Source: Patescibacteria group bacterium (lineage in GTDB: Bacteria > Patescibacteriota > Minisyncoccia > UBA6257 > 1-14-0-10-40-38). Taken from it: a stretch of DNA of 64,000 bases. Below the pieces are notes generated by a model. The model saw nothing but the letters and a program-made list of their open reading frames with translations, did no database searches and was not told where the DNA came from. The stretch is taken from assembly GCA_038064975.1 (NCBI GenBank), contig JBBTRX010000002.1, forward strand, positions 880 through 64,879, in the 5' to 3' direction. Made by a program: the position numbers and the translations under genes. Below are positions 29,723-39,075 of this stretch, one piece after another; the first letter of the stretch is position 1; every line of letters begins with the position of its first letter.

Positions 29723-31279
29723 TTAGTCAAGAGTAACCGTGATTTTTTCGGTATTATCTGGAACTGACTGGACCCAAAACGGCCAAAATGAGATTTGAGC
29801 ACGTTCTAAACCCGGGAATGAGAAGACAATAGCCCTAATATCTGCCCCTGACTTTCCGGCTATTTTTCCCTTTAGGACCGTTTCGTCCACGGTTTTCGCA
29901 AGCATAACCTTATATTCCACCGGCAGTTCAAGCGCCCCCTCCTTAAGGAACTTCGGCTCGCCATAATCAATCCTGTCGTCAGCGACGGAGAAGGAATCCC
30001 CCGCCTCTGTAAGTGCCGTACCACGGAATGATTCTAAAAGATCAGACTCTTTGAAAACCATCGCAGAAAATTCCCCTTCTACGAATATTGAGAATTTCCC
30101 CTCAGCATCAACGGCAGGGTTAATGTCTTTTTTAGAAAGCGTAAATTGCGAAGCTCCGTCAATAAAACGGAAACCTGCGGGTAATTGCGAAATGAAAACT
30201 GCCTTAATAGATTCGCGGAGAGCATCCTCGGCTGATTTTTCTGCGGCAGTGAGATCAGCATCGGTCGGAAAAACTCCTGAGCCGATAAATCCCCCTGCCA
30301 TCGGCTCTTTTGAGGTCGCGTAGAATCCTTCGAATTTCTTACTACCTTTAAAACCTGGGATGGTTAACTTTTCTATGGGTCCCACATTATAGGTATCTCC
30401 CGGCTGATCAGCAAAGACAACCGCATCCACAGAACCGGGTTCAATTACTTTTCCAGCTTCAATTTTTGCACCGGGAACCGTAACAGCATTTTGAATACGA
30501 TAAATTTTCCCATCAGGAGCTTGGAAACGAGTCGTCGCAATTAATTGCTGAGCTTCAGATCCATGTGAGTTATAAATAGTAACCGTTCCTCGTGCTTTCC
30601 GCTCCACCTTCCCCTCTCCAGAAGCAGTAAAAGTAAAACTGCCGTTTTTTGCTTGACTAAAAACTTGTCCAAGAAGAATAAGATTATCTGTTTTAACAAT
30701 ATCCGGAGATTTCGCGACAACAACAACACTCGCATACGAGCGTTGTGATTTTTCTGTTGTGATATGCACGTTTGCCCGCGGAAGCACTCCCAACCCAACA
30801 AAAAGCATACTTGCTAAAATTGCGACGCTCCCTACGCCAATAATCGTTTTACCGCGAGAAGGAATTGAAGGAAGAAGCCTGCGCATTTTTTTCTCCCGAG
30901 GAGCTACATGATGATTACTTTCCTGATGATTACTGCCTTCACGAGCCTCATGATGACCCGCATAGCGATGTTCGGGACGGCGCGATGGAGCGATATCCGC
31001 CATATGCCCAGCTCCTTCGTTGCCAAAGAATGGATTAGTAGAAGTAAGGCCTTCCGACTCGCAAATTTCTAAAATATTTTCATCTACAGATTCAATAGAT
31101 AATGTTTTTCCCAAAGCTTCAGCCTCCCTTTTTAAAAGGCGAAGATGGGTAGGAGAAGATGCAAATTTTGAAAACCGGGGAATAGCAAGTGTAATGTCCG
31201 TGCTCGGAGTATCAATAATCCTTTCCGCAACGATCGTAACTTCATCGTCTTTATGTATGATGATTTTTGTCCGTTCCAT
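29723..31279 (-). CDS. Membrane-anchored protein with baseplate-J-like extracellular domain (CPR-type)
   Basis: Cytoplasmic N-domain, TM, KARGTVTIYN...TRF...ADQPGDTYN, PFWVQSVP; next to FtsA-like gene. Confidence 0.65.
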   Translation of the reverse strand: MERTKIIIHKDDEVTIVAERIIDTPSTDITLAIPRFSKFASSPTHLRLLKREAEALGKTLSIESVDENILEICESEGLTSTNPFFGNEGAGHMADIAPSRRPEHRYAGHHEAREGSNHQESNHHVAPREKKMRRLLPSIPSRGKTIIGVGSVAILASMLFVGLGVLPRANVHITTEKSQRSYASVVVVAKSPDIVKTDNLILLGQVFSQAKNGSFTFTASGEGKVERKARGTVTIYNSHGSEAQQLIATTRFQAPDGKIYRIQNAVTVPGAKIEAGKVIEPGSVDAVVFADQPGDTYNVGPIEKLTIPGFKGSKKFEGFYATSKEPMAGGFIGSGVFPTDADLTAAEKSAEDALRESIKAVFISQLPAGFRFIDGASQFTLSKKDINPAVDAEGKFSIFVEGEFSAMVFKESDLLESFRGTALTEAGDSFSVADDRIDYGEPKFLKEGALELPVEYKVMLAKTVDETVLKGKIAGKSGADIRAIVFSFPGLERAQISFWPFWVQSVPDNTEKITVTLD

Positions 31280-31300
31280 AGTGAGTAACCCTTAATAATA

Positions 31301-32491
31301 TTAGTGAACGAGCCAGCGCGCATGCCGGCGAGCTATTCTGCTCATTGTATCATCCGAATGCGAAAAATAGAAATCAACAAGAGGAGCAAATGTCCCCAGG
31401 TCTAAGCGATGCCCTAATGGTTCTATCGTAAGGCCAAGTTTCTGCGCTACGTGATGAGCATCAATCAGCGTAACGCTAAGGCGTGGATTGATAAGCTCCG
31501 TAAATTTACGGGAGAGAATGATATCTGGGACAGCAAGGTTTATTGAAAGGTAAATATTGGGCACCGAATGAGTAAGATAGGCAGCTCGCATTGCTTCAAA
31601 AAGCCCCGCGAATGCCATTTCCACCACTTTACTGAATCGGAGCGCCACAGGCTTGCTCATGCGATTTGTATTATAACGATGTAATATCTCCTCCGCGACG
31701 CTGCCACTCACTGAAAATACTTCTCCAATCGTGCGCACAACATCATTTTTCCCCCACGGAAAAGATCCGACGGAAACCGTGCCATGCTCATTGGTAAATG
31801 TAGTAATTGTATTTCGATCCAAAACCCGAAGAAAGAGAAAAGAAGACGGCGCCACAACTCTCCGAATCGCCTCCGCCTCCATGACTGCATTTTCTCCCAT
31901 CAGCCGCACCGCATTCCCCGGAATGATGTGTCGCAACTCAGCGGCAAAAAGCCGCGGCATAAAAGTCTGGCTCACGTGCATGCCGATTTCTTGAGCATGG
32001 AACCCAACCGGATTAATAACCTTATGTCCATCCAACCGCACCTCTTTAATACGAACGTCTGTGGGTAAGACTTCAAGATCGTTGACTGACATTTTGAGCG
32101 CAGCCCTACTCCGCTCCCGATCAAATACTTTCCAAATACCCTGACCAATACGATTATCCAAATCACTCACGTCAACGGGGATCGATGAATCTTCCCGCGC
32201 AAGCACGACGGGCGCATGAATGGTCGTCGCAAACATGGGATCCAAGCTTACGATAATTTCATACTCACCCATTTTGTTCACGTTCCGACATAGTTCGGAA
32301 ACCGCATCAATCACCGTTGAAGTGCGCGCATCCGAATAGGAGCGCATAACCGGAGTTCCGCAAACAATTTTATTTTCAGCGCTATGAATTCGGTACGGAG
32401 TGCACCGGGTATATTCCCGCATAATTTCAATAACGAGATACTTTTTCCCGCGGCGCATCCAAGGAAGTTGAGTAAGAAAATTCTGTTTCAC
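31301..32491 (-). CDS. Divergent FtsA-like/actin-fold protein
   Basis: IKEVRLDGHKVINPVG; FPWGKNDVVRTIG..SVAEEI; weak similarity only. Confidence 0.5.
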   Translation of the reverse strand: MKQNFLTQLPWMRRGKKYLVIEIMREYTRCTPYRIHSAENKIVCGTPVMRSYSDARTSTVIDAVSELCRNVNKMGEYEIIVSLDPMFATTIHAPVVLAREDSSIPVDVSDLDNRIGQGIWKVFDRERSRAALKMSVNDLEVLPTDVRIKEVRLDGHKVINPVGFHAQEIGMHVSQTFMPRLFAAELRHIIPGNAVRLMGENAVMEAEAIRRVVAPSSFLFLRVLDRNTITTFTNEHGTVSVGSFPWGKNDVVRTIGEVFSVSGSVAEEILHRYNTNRMSKPVALRFSKVVEMAFAGLFEAMRAAYLTHSVPNIYLSINLAVPDIILSRKFTELINPRLSVTLIDAHHVAQKLGLTIEPLGHRLDLGTFAPLVDFYFSHSDDTMSRIARRHARWLVH

Positions 32492-32618
32492 CTTTCTATT
32501 ATAAAGGAATAATCAAATTTGTCGTTATCCATATGCCATCCCAGTAGGGATATTTTCACAAATGTCCTTCTTATAGCTTTTTGAGAAAAGGATATGCGAG
32601 CGTATACTAATACCCATC

Positions 32619-33491
32619 ATGAAGGAACTACTACTTATAGATACCCACGCACTCGTACATCGATTTTTTCACGCTCTCCCACCGCTCACTGCCCGAGACG
32701 GCTCCCCCGCCCAGGCGCTCTTTGGCGTTTCGCGAGTTCTTCTCTCTATCCTTCTTAAAGAACAGCCGGATTATGTTGCCGCCGCGCTTGATCGGCCCGA
32801 AACAACAATACGAAAGACCCAATTTGCCGAATACAAGGCACATAGGGCACCGACTGCAGATGCCTTAATCAGCCAGATCAAACAGATACCCGAATTACTT
32901 AAAACATTTCGCGTCCCAACGTTTTCCATGGCGGGATATGAAGCAGATGACGTTATCGGCACACTCGCGACGCGGTTTTCTTCTGCGCCAGATCTCCGCA
33001 TCGCGATTCTTTCGGGAGATCTGGATTTGCTCCAACTGGTCCGCGACGATCATGTCGTCGTCCATATTCTGAAAAGCGGGCTTGAAAATACTATGCTCTA
33101 CAACGAACCAGCCGTGCGAACGCGATACGAATTAAATCCGCAACAGCTCATTGATTACAAAGGCCTCGTCGGAGACACATCAGATAATATTCCCGGAGTT
33201 CCAGGGATTGGACCGAAAAATGCAAAAGATCTCTTGCGGGAATTCGGAACACTGGAGGAAATTTTTGAAAATCTTCCGCTGATCAAATCAACGATTTCAA
33301 CAAAGCTAAGCGAAGCGCGGGACCAAGCGTTTCTTTCCCGTAATCTTGCGACTATTGAAACGAAAATGCCCATTCCGGCATGTGAACTTTCAGAACTTGC
33401 CCGAAAACCAATCCCCAAAAAAGATTTGATGGCGTATTTTGAAAAACTCGGTTTTCAAAGTCTAATTAAGCAGATTGAAAACATAACCTAA
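32619..33491 (+). CDS. Stand-alone 5'-3' exonuclease (PolA N-terminal domain)
   Basis: LLLID..RFFHALP, EADDVIG, SGDLDLLQL, GDTSDNIPGVPGIG; ends at 290 aa. Confidence 0.92.
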   Translation: MKELLLIDTHALVHRFFHALPPLTARDGSPAQALFGVSRVLLSILLKEQPDYVAAALDRPETTIRKTQFAEYKAHRAPTADALISQIKQIPELLKTFRVPTFSMAGYEADDVIGTLATRFSSAPDLRIAILSGDLDLLQLVRDDHVVVHILKSGLENTMLYNEPAVRTRYELNPQQLIDYKGLVGDTSDNIPGVPGIGPKNAKDLLREFGTLEEIFENLPLIKSTISTKLSEARDQAFLSRNLATIETKMPIPACELSELARKPIPKKDLMAYFEKLGFQSLIKQIENIT

Positions 33492-33518
33492 GCCTTCGTG
33501 ATAGACTGAAAAGCGGGT

Positions 33519-34817
33519 ATGAAGCGTATCTTTGCAAATTTAAATTGGCTCCTTTTCCTTCTGGTTGCCGCTTCGGCATCAATCAGTTTTTTTTATTTTG
33601 AAAATCCATTTTGGCTTATTTTAGAAATAGCTTTGCTTATTTCTATTACTATTCTAGTAGTTTTCAAAACGACTACAGCAGATCGGGCAGAACGTGGGCT
33701 TTTGCGCGAACGAGAACGCCTTACCGCAATCATAGAAAATCTCCATGACGGCGTCATGGTGTATGACCAAAATTTCCGCGTCGCAGTATTTAATAAAGCA
33801 GCGCAGGAAATTTTCGGCGTGTCTTCGGATGAAGTTATCGGAAAATCATTCACACTTAAAGTCCGCGAAGAACATTCCGATAAGCTAAAGCCCCTCCTCA
33901 CCATACTCTTCCCAGCGCTTGCACCCGCAATCGTACGCGTATCAGAGCCGGGATCCTATCCACAGATATTTGATATATCATTTGATAATCCCTCTATGGA
34001 ACTCCGTGTTTCTACGAACCGTATTATGGACGAAAAAGGAAATGTACTCGGATTTATTAAACTTATCCACGACCGCACGCGCGAGCTCGCACTTCTCCGC
34101 TCAAAGGGAGAATTTATTGCAATCGCATCTCACCAGCTTCGCACCCCACTCACCGCAATCAATTGGTCAATGGAAAATTTGCACGCAGAGCCGCTCACAG
34201 AAACCCAGCAAGAATTAGTTCGTAAAACCACGGCATCCGTAAACCGCTTACTCAAAATCACCGAAGACTTGCTTGATGTCGCAAAAATTGAGGAAGGACA
34301 ATTTGGATACCACTTCCAGGACGAGAACATTGTCGCCTTTATAGAGGAAGCGCTCCGCCAAGCCGATCCTGTCGCGAAGGCATATCGCGTTAAGCTGTAT
34401 TTCGAAAAGACATCCGAAACTATGCCAGTCACTATAGACATCCAACGTCTTGGCCTCGCGATTTCAAATATTCTAGACAACGCTGTGAAATACAATATTC
34501 CTAACGGCGAAGTAGCAGTAAAAATAGAGAAGATGAAAGACAAGCCCTATATTGTTGTGAGCGTCCGCGACACCGGCATCGGCATTCCGGAAAATCAAAT
34601 CCAATATCTCTTTACCCGATTCTTCAGAGCTGATAATGCCGTGAAAATAAAAACAGAAGGTACCGGCCTGGGCCTCTATATTGCAAAAAACATTATCCGC
34701 AGACATGGTGGACAGATTTGGGCAAAGTCCGCAGTAAACCGCGGCACGACGATGTACTTTACGCTTCCTACTAATCCAACCTTGATCCCGCCTAAAGAAT
34801 TTATCTACGAAGAATAG
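33519..34817 (+). CDS. PAS-domain sensor histidine kinase
   Basis: SHQLRTPL, NILDNAVKY, DTGIGI, GTGLGL. Confidence 0.95.
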   Translation: MKRIFANLNWLLFLLVAASASISFFYFENPFWLILEIALLISITILVVFKTTTADRAERGLLRERERLTAIIENLHDGVMVYDQNFRVAVFNKAAQEIFGVSSDEVIGKSFTLKVREEHSDKLKPLLTILFPALAPAIVRVSEPGSYPQIFDISFDNPSMELRVSTNRIMDEKGNVLGFIKLIHDRTRELALLRSKGEFIAIASHQLRTPLTAINWSMENLHAEPLTETQQELVRKTTASVNRLLKITEDLLDVAKIEEGQFGYHFQDENIVAFIEEALRQADPVAKAYRVKLYFEKTSETMPVTIDIQRLGLAISNILDNAVKYNIPNGEVAVKIEKMKDKPYIVVSVRDTGIGIPENQIQYLFTRFFRADNAVKIKTEGTGLGLYIAKNIIRRHGGQIWAKSAVNRGTTMYFTLPTNPTLIPPKEFIYEE

Positions 34818-34842
34818 TCGCTCGCAAAGGAAGAAGATTATT

Positions 34843-34952
34843 AAAATACGCTCACCCTCGTTTCCGAGAGAGAGCGTAATTGATCACCTCCTTTCCGCCT
34901 CGGTCAGTCCCGAGAATACAAGGCAAGGAATATATAAACAGAACGAGTCCTG
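34843..34952 (-). ncRNA. Candidate small RNA carrying an extended perfect SD (16S 3'-tail complement)
   Basis: TTGTCA-16-TATACT promoter, hairpin CTCGG/CCGAG, GAAAGGAGGTGATCA, terminator. Confidence 0.5.
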
Positions 34953-34972
34953 TACTCAAGTATACCAAAGCA

Positions 34973-36688
34973 CTACGGCATGACAATACCTCTTATCCTC
35001 CGCACCCCAGAACCAACCGCTTCTTCTTTGGCAATTTTAAATGTTCCAATTTCTCCCGTATGTGTAACATGGGGACCACCGCAGAATTCTTTTGAGAATG
35101 CGGTTTCCAAAGATTTTCCAGCAAAATAGACTTTTACTTTTTCCGGATATTTTTCTTTAAAGAAATAAAGTGCTCCCGTTTTTTCTGCTTCTTCTTTAGA
35201 CATTTCTTTATACTGCATTGGGACATCTTCTTGAATCACACCGTTTACAAGTGATTCTACATTTTTAACTTCTTCAGGAGTTAGTTTACGCGGAAACGAA
35301 AAATCAAACCGTGCGCGCTCTACGGTAATATCTGATCCTTTCTGTGAAACTTCAGAACCCAAAACTTTGCGAAGCGCCGCTTGGAGTAAATGCGTAGCCG
35401 TATGAAGTCGCGTTACTTTCTTGAGCTCGTCTTCATCTTTTGCTTTAAGCTCTCCGGTATTGAGGATGAGTCCGTGCCCGCCGAATTTTTTCTCCTGCCC
35501 CGCGCGAGAGATTTCTTGATGTCGCTTGAATTCTTCATCAAACGCTTCACGAGTAAGCTCGCTCGCTTTTACTCCCCCAACTTCTTTGATAATCTCGTAT
35601 GGCAATCCAAATGTTTCATAAATCTTAAACGCATTCGCAGCATTTACAGAAGAAATTTTTTCGAGCTCCTTTAATCCAACCGCAAGCGTTTTAGAGAATT
35701 TTTCTCGTTCCTCTTGATAGACGTCGTGAATCGTATTGAGTACAAGATTTCTATATGTTGATTGATATTCTTTTACGACAATATCAAAACGAGGTTCAAG
35801 CCCCCCTCCAAGGCCGTACACCATAAGACGACGCATTAATCGTCTCAATACATATCCTGCTTCTTTATTTGAAGGACGTACGCCGTCAGAAATTAAAAAT
35901 GAAATGCCACGAATATGATCAGCAAAAATTCTTCCTATTCGTTCGTCTATGTCATGAGGCAAAGAATTGAAAATTGACTGAAATAAATCAGTTTCAAAAA
36001 TTGTGGAAACGTTTTGCGAAACCATAGCCAAGCGCTCCAGCCCCATACCCGTATCAATACCGGGCGTTTTCAAATCTGTAAGTTTTCCACTCGCATCTTG
36101 ATAGTATTGGTTAAAAACCACATTCCAAATTTCTACTGATTTTCCCGCAGAGTTTTTTACATAGATTTCCGTGGTTGGTCCGCATGGCCCCTCACTCCCC
36201 GTCGGTCCCCAAAAGTTATCCGCTCGCCCCATTTTCTTTACAACGATATTTGAATCAAGTGATTTCCAAATCTTTTCAGATTCCATATCAGCTGGAACAT
36301 TATCCTCTCCCGCAAAAACAGAAACATAGTCAATTTTGAGCCTCATCACATCAGTAATAAATTCATGAGCATATTGAATAGCTTCTTTTTTAAAATAGCC
36401 ACCAAAACTAAAGTTCCCCAACATTTCAAAGAACGTGAGGTGCGACTCATCCCCTACTTCATCAATATCAGACGTGCGAAATGATTTTTGGATAGACGTC
36501 GTGCTCTGTGCACCAAAATCATGTTCTGCATCAAGCTCACCCGTAAAATACTTTTTAAACTGTTGCATCCCCGCGGTAGTCAAAAGCACCGAAGGATCAT
36601 CCGGAATAAGCGAAGACGAAGGCACGACAGCGTGCCCCTTGGACTTAAAAAATGCTAAGAATTTCTCTCGTATCTCTTGAGAAGACAT
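34973..36688 (-). CDS. alaS: Alanine--tRNA ligase (compact, no C-Ala domain)
   Basis: AGMQQFK, HLTFFEMLGNFSFG, DTGMGLER, HTATHLL, FCGGPHV. Confidence 0.96.
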   Translation of the reverse strand: MSSQEIREKFLAFFKSKGHAVVPSSSLIPDDPSVLLTTAGMQQFKKYFTGELDAEHDFGAQSTTSIQKSFRTSDIDEVGDESHLTFFEMLGNFSFGGYFKKEAIQYAHEFITDVMRLKIDYVSVFAGEDNVPADMESEKIWKSLDSNIVVKKMGRADNFWGPTGSEGPCGPTTEIYVKNSAGKSVEIWNVVFNQYYQDASGKLTDLKTPGIDTGMGLERLAMVSQNVSTIFETDLFQSIFNSLPHDIDERIGRIFADHIRGISFLISDGVRPSNKEAGYVLRRLMRRLMVYGLGGGLEPRFDIVVKEYQSTYRNLVLNTIHDVYQEEREKFSKTLAVGLKELEKISSVNAANAFKIYETFGLPYEIIKEVGGVKASELTREAFDEEFKRHQEISRAGQEKKFGGHGLILNTGELKAKDEDELKKVTRLHTATHLLQAALRKVLGSEVSQKGSDITVERARFDFSFPRKLTPEEVKNVESLVNGVIQEDVPMQYKEMSKEEAEKTGALYFFKEKYPEKVKVYFAGKSLETAFSKEFCGGPHVTHTGEIGTFKIAKEEAVGSGVRRIRGIVMP

Positions 36689-36792
36689 AAATGCAGTATA
36701 AGGGCGCTCGGATATTTCATGCAAGAATTAATGAAAAGAGCCCGCGTTCCACTTCGTGTGGAATGCGGGCTCGGTAGACGGCGATAATGTTC

Positions 36793-37056
36793 CTACGGAA
36801 CGACCTCGATACTCTGGAGTGCTTTGCGCTCGACACTGCCATGAGTAGGATGAATGTGCCACTCATCTTCGTTAACGGCACGCATATTCACGTCATTATT
36901 CCCAGGAGGACTCGTAATGACGAGATTCGGGCCTTGCTGCATCCCCAGCAGATTAGCTGCCCCATGAGCATCAAGCTCAAGTGTCATGCGCACTTTCTGC
37001 GAGTTTTTAAGAGCGGCATCAATCGCTTCCACGATCTTGTCTTTTGCGACTTCCAT
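36793..37056 (-). CDS. Orphan 87-aa protein
   Basis: AAAGGAG SD then ATG37056; own terminator near 36739..36772. Confidence 0.65.
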   Translation of the reverse strand: MEVAKDKIVEAIDAALKNSQKVRMTLELDAHGAANLLGMQQGPNLVITSPPGNNDVNMRAVNEDEWHIHPTHGSVERKALQSIEVVP

Positions 37057-37076
37057 GGTTTGTAAAAAACTCCTTT

Positions 37077-37193
37077 CTACTTCCGTTTCCTTGGTGCGAA
37101 CTTGCGAGGATTGAACGTGATCGCAAGTATGAGCGCCACGAGAACCAAACCCGCAGTCACGAAGATCAAGATTTCCGTTGTCAGAGAGGACAT
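37077..37193 (-). CDS. 38-aa single-TM microprotein MSSLTTEILIFVTAGLVLVALILAITFNPRKFAPRKRK
   Basis: Read from sequence; first ORF after the consensus promoter; stop abuts SD of the next gene. Confidence 0.6.
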   Translation of the reverse strand: MSSLTTEILIFVTAGLVLVALILAITFNPRKFAPRKRK

Positions 37194-37241
37194 GTGAAAG
37201 TACTTTCAGGTAACGCACTGGATCATTCCAGCGTTATTTTG

Positions 37242-37270
37242 ATTATAACGTATTAAATACAATATGTCAA
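37242..37270 (-). promoter_or_regulatory. Consensus sigma70 promoter
   Basis: TTGACA-17-TATAAT. Confidence 0.85.
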
Positions 37271-37339
37271 TATTAGTTACAGAAACAAAAACCGCCCTAC
37301 CTCTCAAAAGAGATGTGGCGGTTGTGGGAACTAAATCGC

Positions 37340-37657
37340 CTATGCGACGATTTCAATCGCTTCCAAAGCACGGGTCATACGGCCAAGAAACATAATTTCG
37401 GCAGAAACAGGATTGTCATGGAAACTCTGAGCGAGTTCCACGATAACGTTCCTATCATCACCATCACGCCAAAGCTTCTTTACCGAAACAGCGGCCAAAC
37501 GCATGACATCATACTCCGTAATCACAAGAAGGTCCTGATTAACCATATCAAGAATGAAGTCAGTTTCGTGAACCGCTTCTTCTCTGAATCTGATTTTGAG
37601 CTTCCCAGAACCTAACGATGCTGCACGTAATGTCCTACTTACTTCAAGAGGATTCAT
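37340..37657 (-). CDS. Orphan 105-aa protein, possible distant paralog of 36793..37056
   Basis: TTGACA-17-TAGGAT promoter, AAGAAAGGAG SD, terminator near 37287..37324. Confidence 0.65.
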   Translation of the reverse strand: MNPLEVSRTLRAASLGSGKLKIRFREEAVHETDFILDMVNQDLLVITEYDVMRLAAVSVKKLWRDGDDRNVIVELAQSFHDNPVSAEIMFLGRMTRALEAIEIVA

Positions 37658-37794
37658 AAACCTGACGCTCCTTTCTTGTGTAAGAGCCACCCACATCCTA
37701 GAGAAGCGACAATGCTTTGTCAAAACAAAAACCGCCTGCACCCTAAAAGGGGGTAGACGGTTTTTTATTGCTAGTTGTCGGTCGCAAGTCTCTT

Positions 37795-39066
37795 CTAGTA
37801 ACCTTCCAACATATGAGACTTTCCGTGTTCGCGAATCTTCGCGAGCGCCTTTGCTTCAATTTGGCGGATACGTTCGCGTGTAACTCCAAATTTCTGCCCT
37901 ACTTCTTCTAACGTGTGTGTCACACCATCATCAAGTCCAAAACGCATTTTTAAAATATCCTGTTCGCGTTCCGAAAGGTCAACTAAAATTTCGCGGATTT
38001 TTTCCCGTAACAGTCCTTGTGAAGCAATCTGCGAAGGAGAAAGATTTTTTTCGTCCGGAATAAATTCCGTAAGGAGAGAATCTTCATCGTCATCCCCTAC
38101 GGGCGATTCCAAAGAAACAACTTCTTGGGAGATCTTTTGGATGTGATGGATCTTTTGGACCGGCACGCCCATTTCAACCGCGATTTCCTCTGCGAGAGGG
38201 TCTCTGCCCAATTCCTGCATTAGTCGGCGTTTCGCCTGCGTGTACTTCGCGATCGTTTCCACCATGTGGACAGGAATACGAATTGTGCGCGATTGGTCCG
38301 CAAGGGCGCGGGTAATTGCCTGGCGGATCCACCATGTCGCATACGTTGAAAATTTAAATCCGCGGCGATAATCAAATTTATCTACCGCACGAGAAAGCCC
38401 AATGTTTCCTTCTTGGATAAGATCCAAAAGTCCGAGATTCGGTGAACGATTCACATATCGTTTTGCTATGGAAACAACGAGACGCAAGTTCGCCTGAATA
38501 AATTTTCTCCGCGCTTCTTCGTCGCCCGCTTCAATGCGCTTTGCGAGATCTTTTTCGTCCTGCTGTTTTAAGAGCGGCGTTTTCCCGATTTCACGTAAAT
38601 ACATCTGTACAGAGTCCGGAAGCTCTTCTACTCCTGGAATCTTCATTGCATCCTGAAGTTCCTTTTCAGAAATCTCTTCTTTGGAGGCAACATCAATAAG
38701 CTGGCTCGTCTCTACAACTTTAATATCCGCTTTTTCCAGCGAATCATAAATCTCTTCTAAAAAATTAATATTTTCCTCAATGTGAGGGAAAAATTGGAGC
38801 ACCTCGCTGTCGGTCACAAATCCACGACCTCTTCCGCGCTCAATCAACTCTTCCAGCATCTGCATGTTGATCGCCTCCTTCTTCCCTACTTTTCCTTTTC
38901 CGGCACCATTTTTTTTGAGTCTATTCTGTCCCGTACCACGGACAGCACTTTTTTTTGCGCCCGAAGATCCTTTTTTATCCGTCTTTTTTACAGTCCCCTT
39001 TCTTTTAGAAACAGGTAATTTCGCCGGAGGAGTCCTCCGTTTGGTTTTTATGGTGCTTTTCTTCAT
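37795..39066 (-). CDS. rpoD: Primary sigma factor RpoD with Lys-rich N-terminal extension
   Basis: [37 protein letters not shown]. Confidence 0.97.
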   Translation of the reverse strand: MKKSTIKTKRRTPPAKLPVSKRKGTVKKTDKKGSSGAKKSAVRGTGQNRLKKNGAGKGKVGKKEAINMQMLEELIERGRGRGFVTDSEVLQFFPHIEENINFLEEIYDSLEKADIKVVETSQLIDVASKEEISEKELQDAMKIPGVEELPDSVQMYLREIGKTPLLKQQDEKDLAKRIEAGDEEARRKFIQANLRLVVSIAKRYVNRSPNLGLLDLIQEGNIGLSRAVDKFDYRRGFKFSTYATWWIRQAITRALADQSRTIRIPVHMVETIAKYTQAKRRLMQELGRDPLAEEIAVEMGVPVQKIHHIQKISQEVVSLESPVGDDDEDSLLTEFIPDEKNLSPSQIASQGLLREKIREILVDLSEREQDILKMRFGLDDGVTHTLEEVGQKFGVTRERIRQIEAKALAKIREHGKSHMLEGY

Positions 39067-39075
39067 AAGCTGAAT

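Noticed and set aside
29723-31279. Prophage or contractile tail locus
   Set aside because: A single membrane-anchored baseplate-like gene among core genes, with no other phage structural genes
34881-34895. 16S rRNA gene or remnant
   Set aside because: Only the terminal 15 nt match; upstream helix 44/45 sequence is absent
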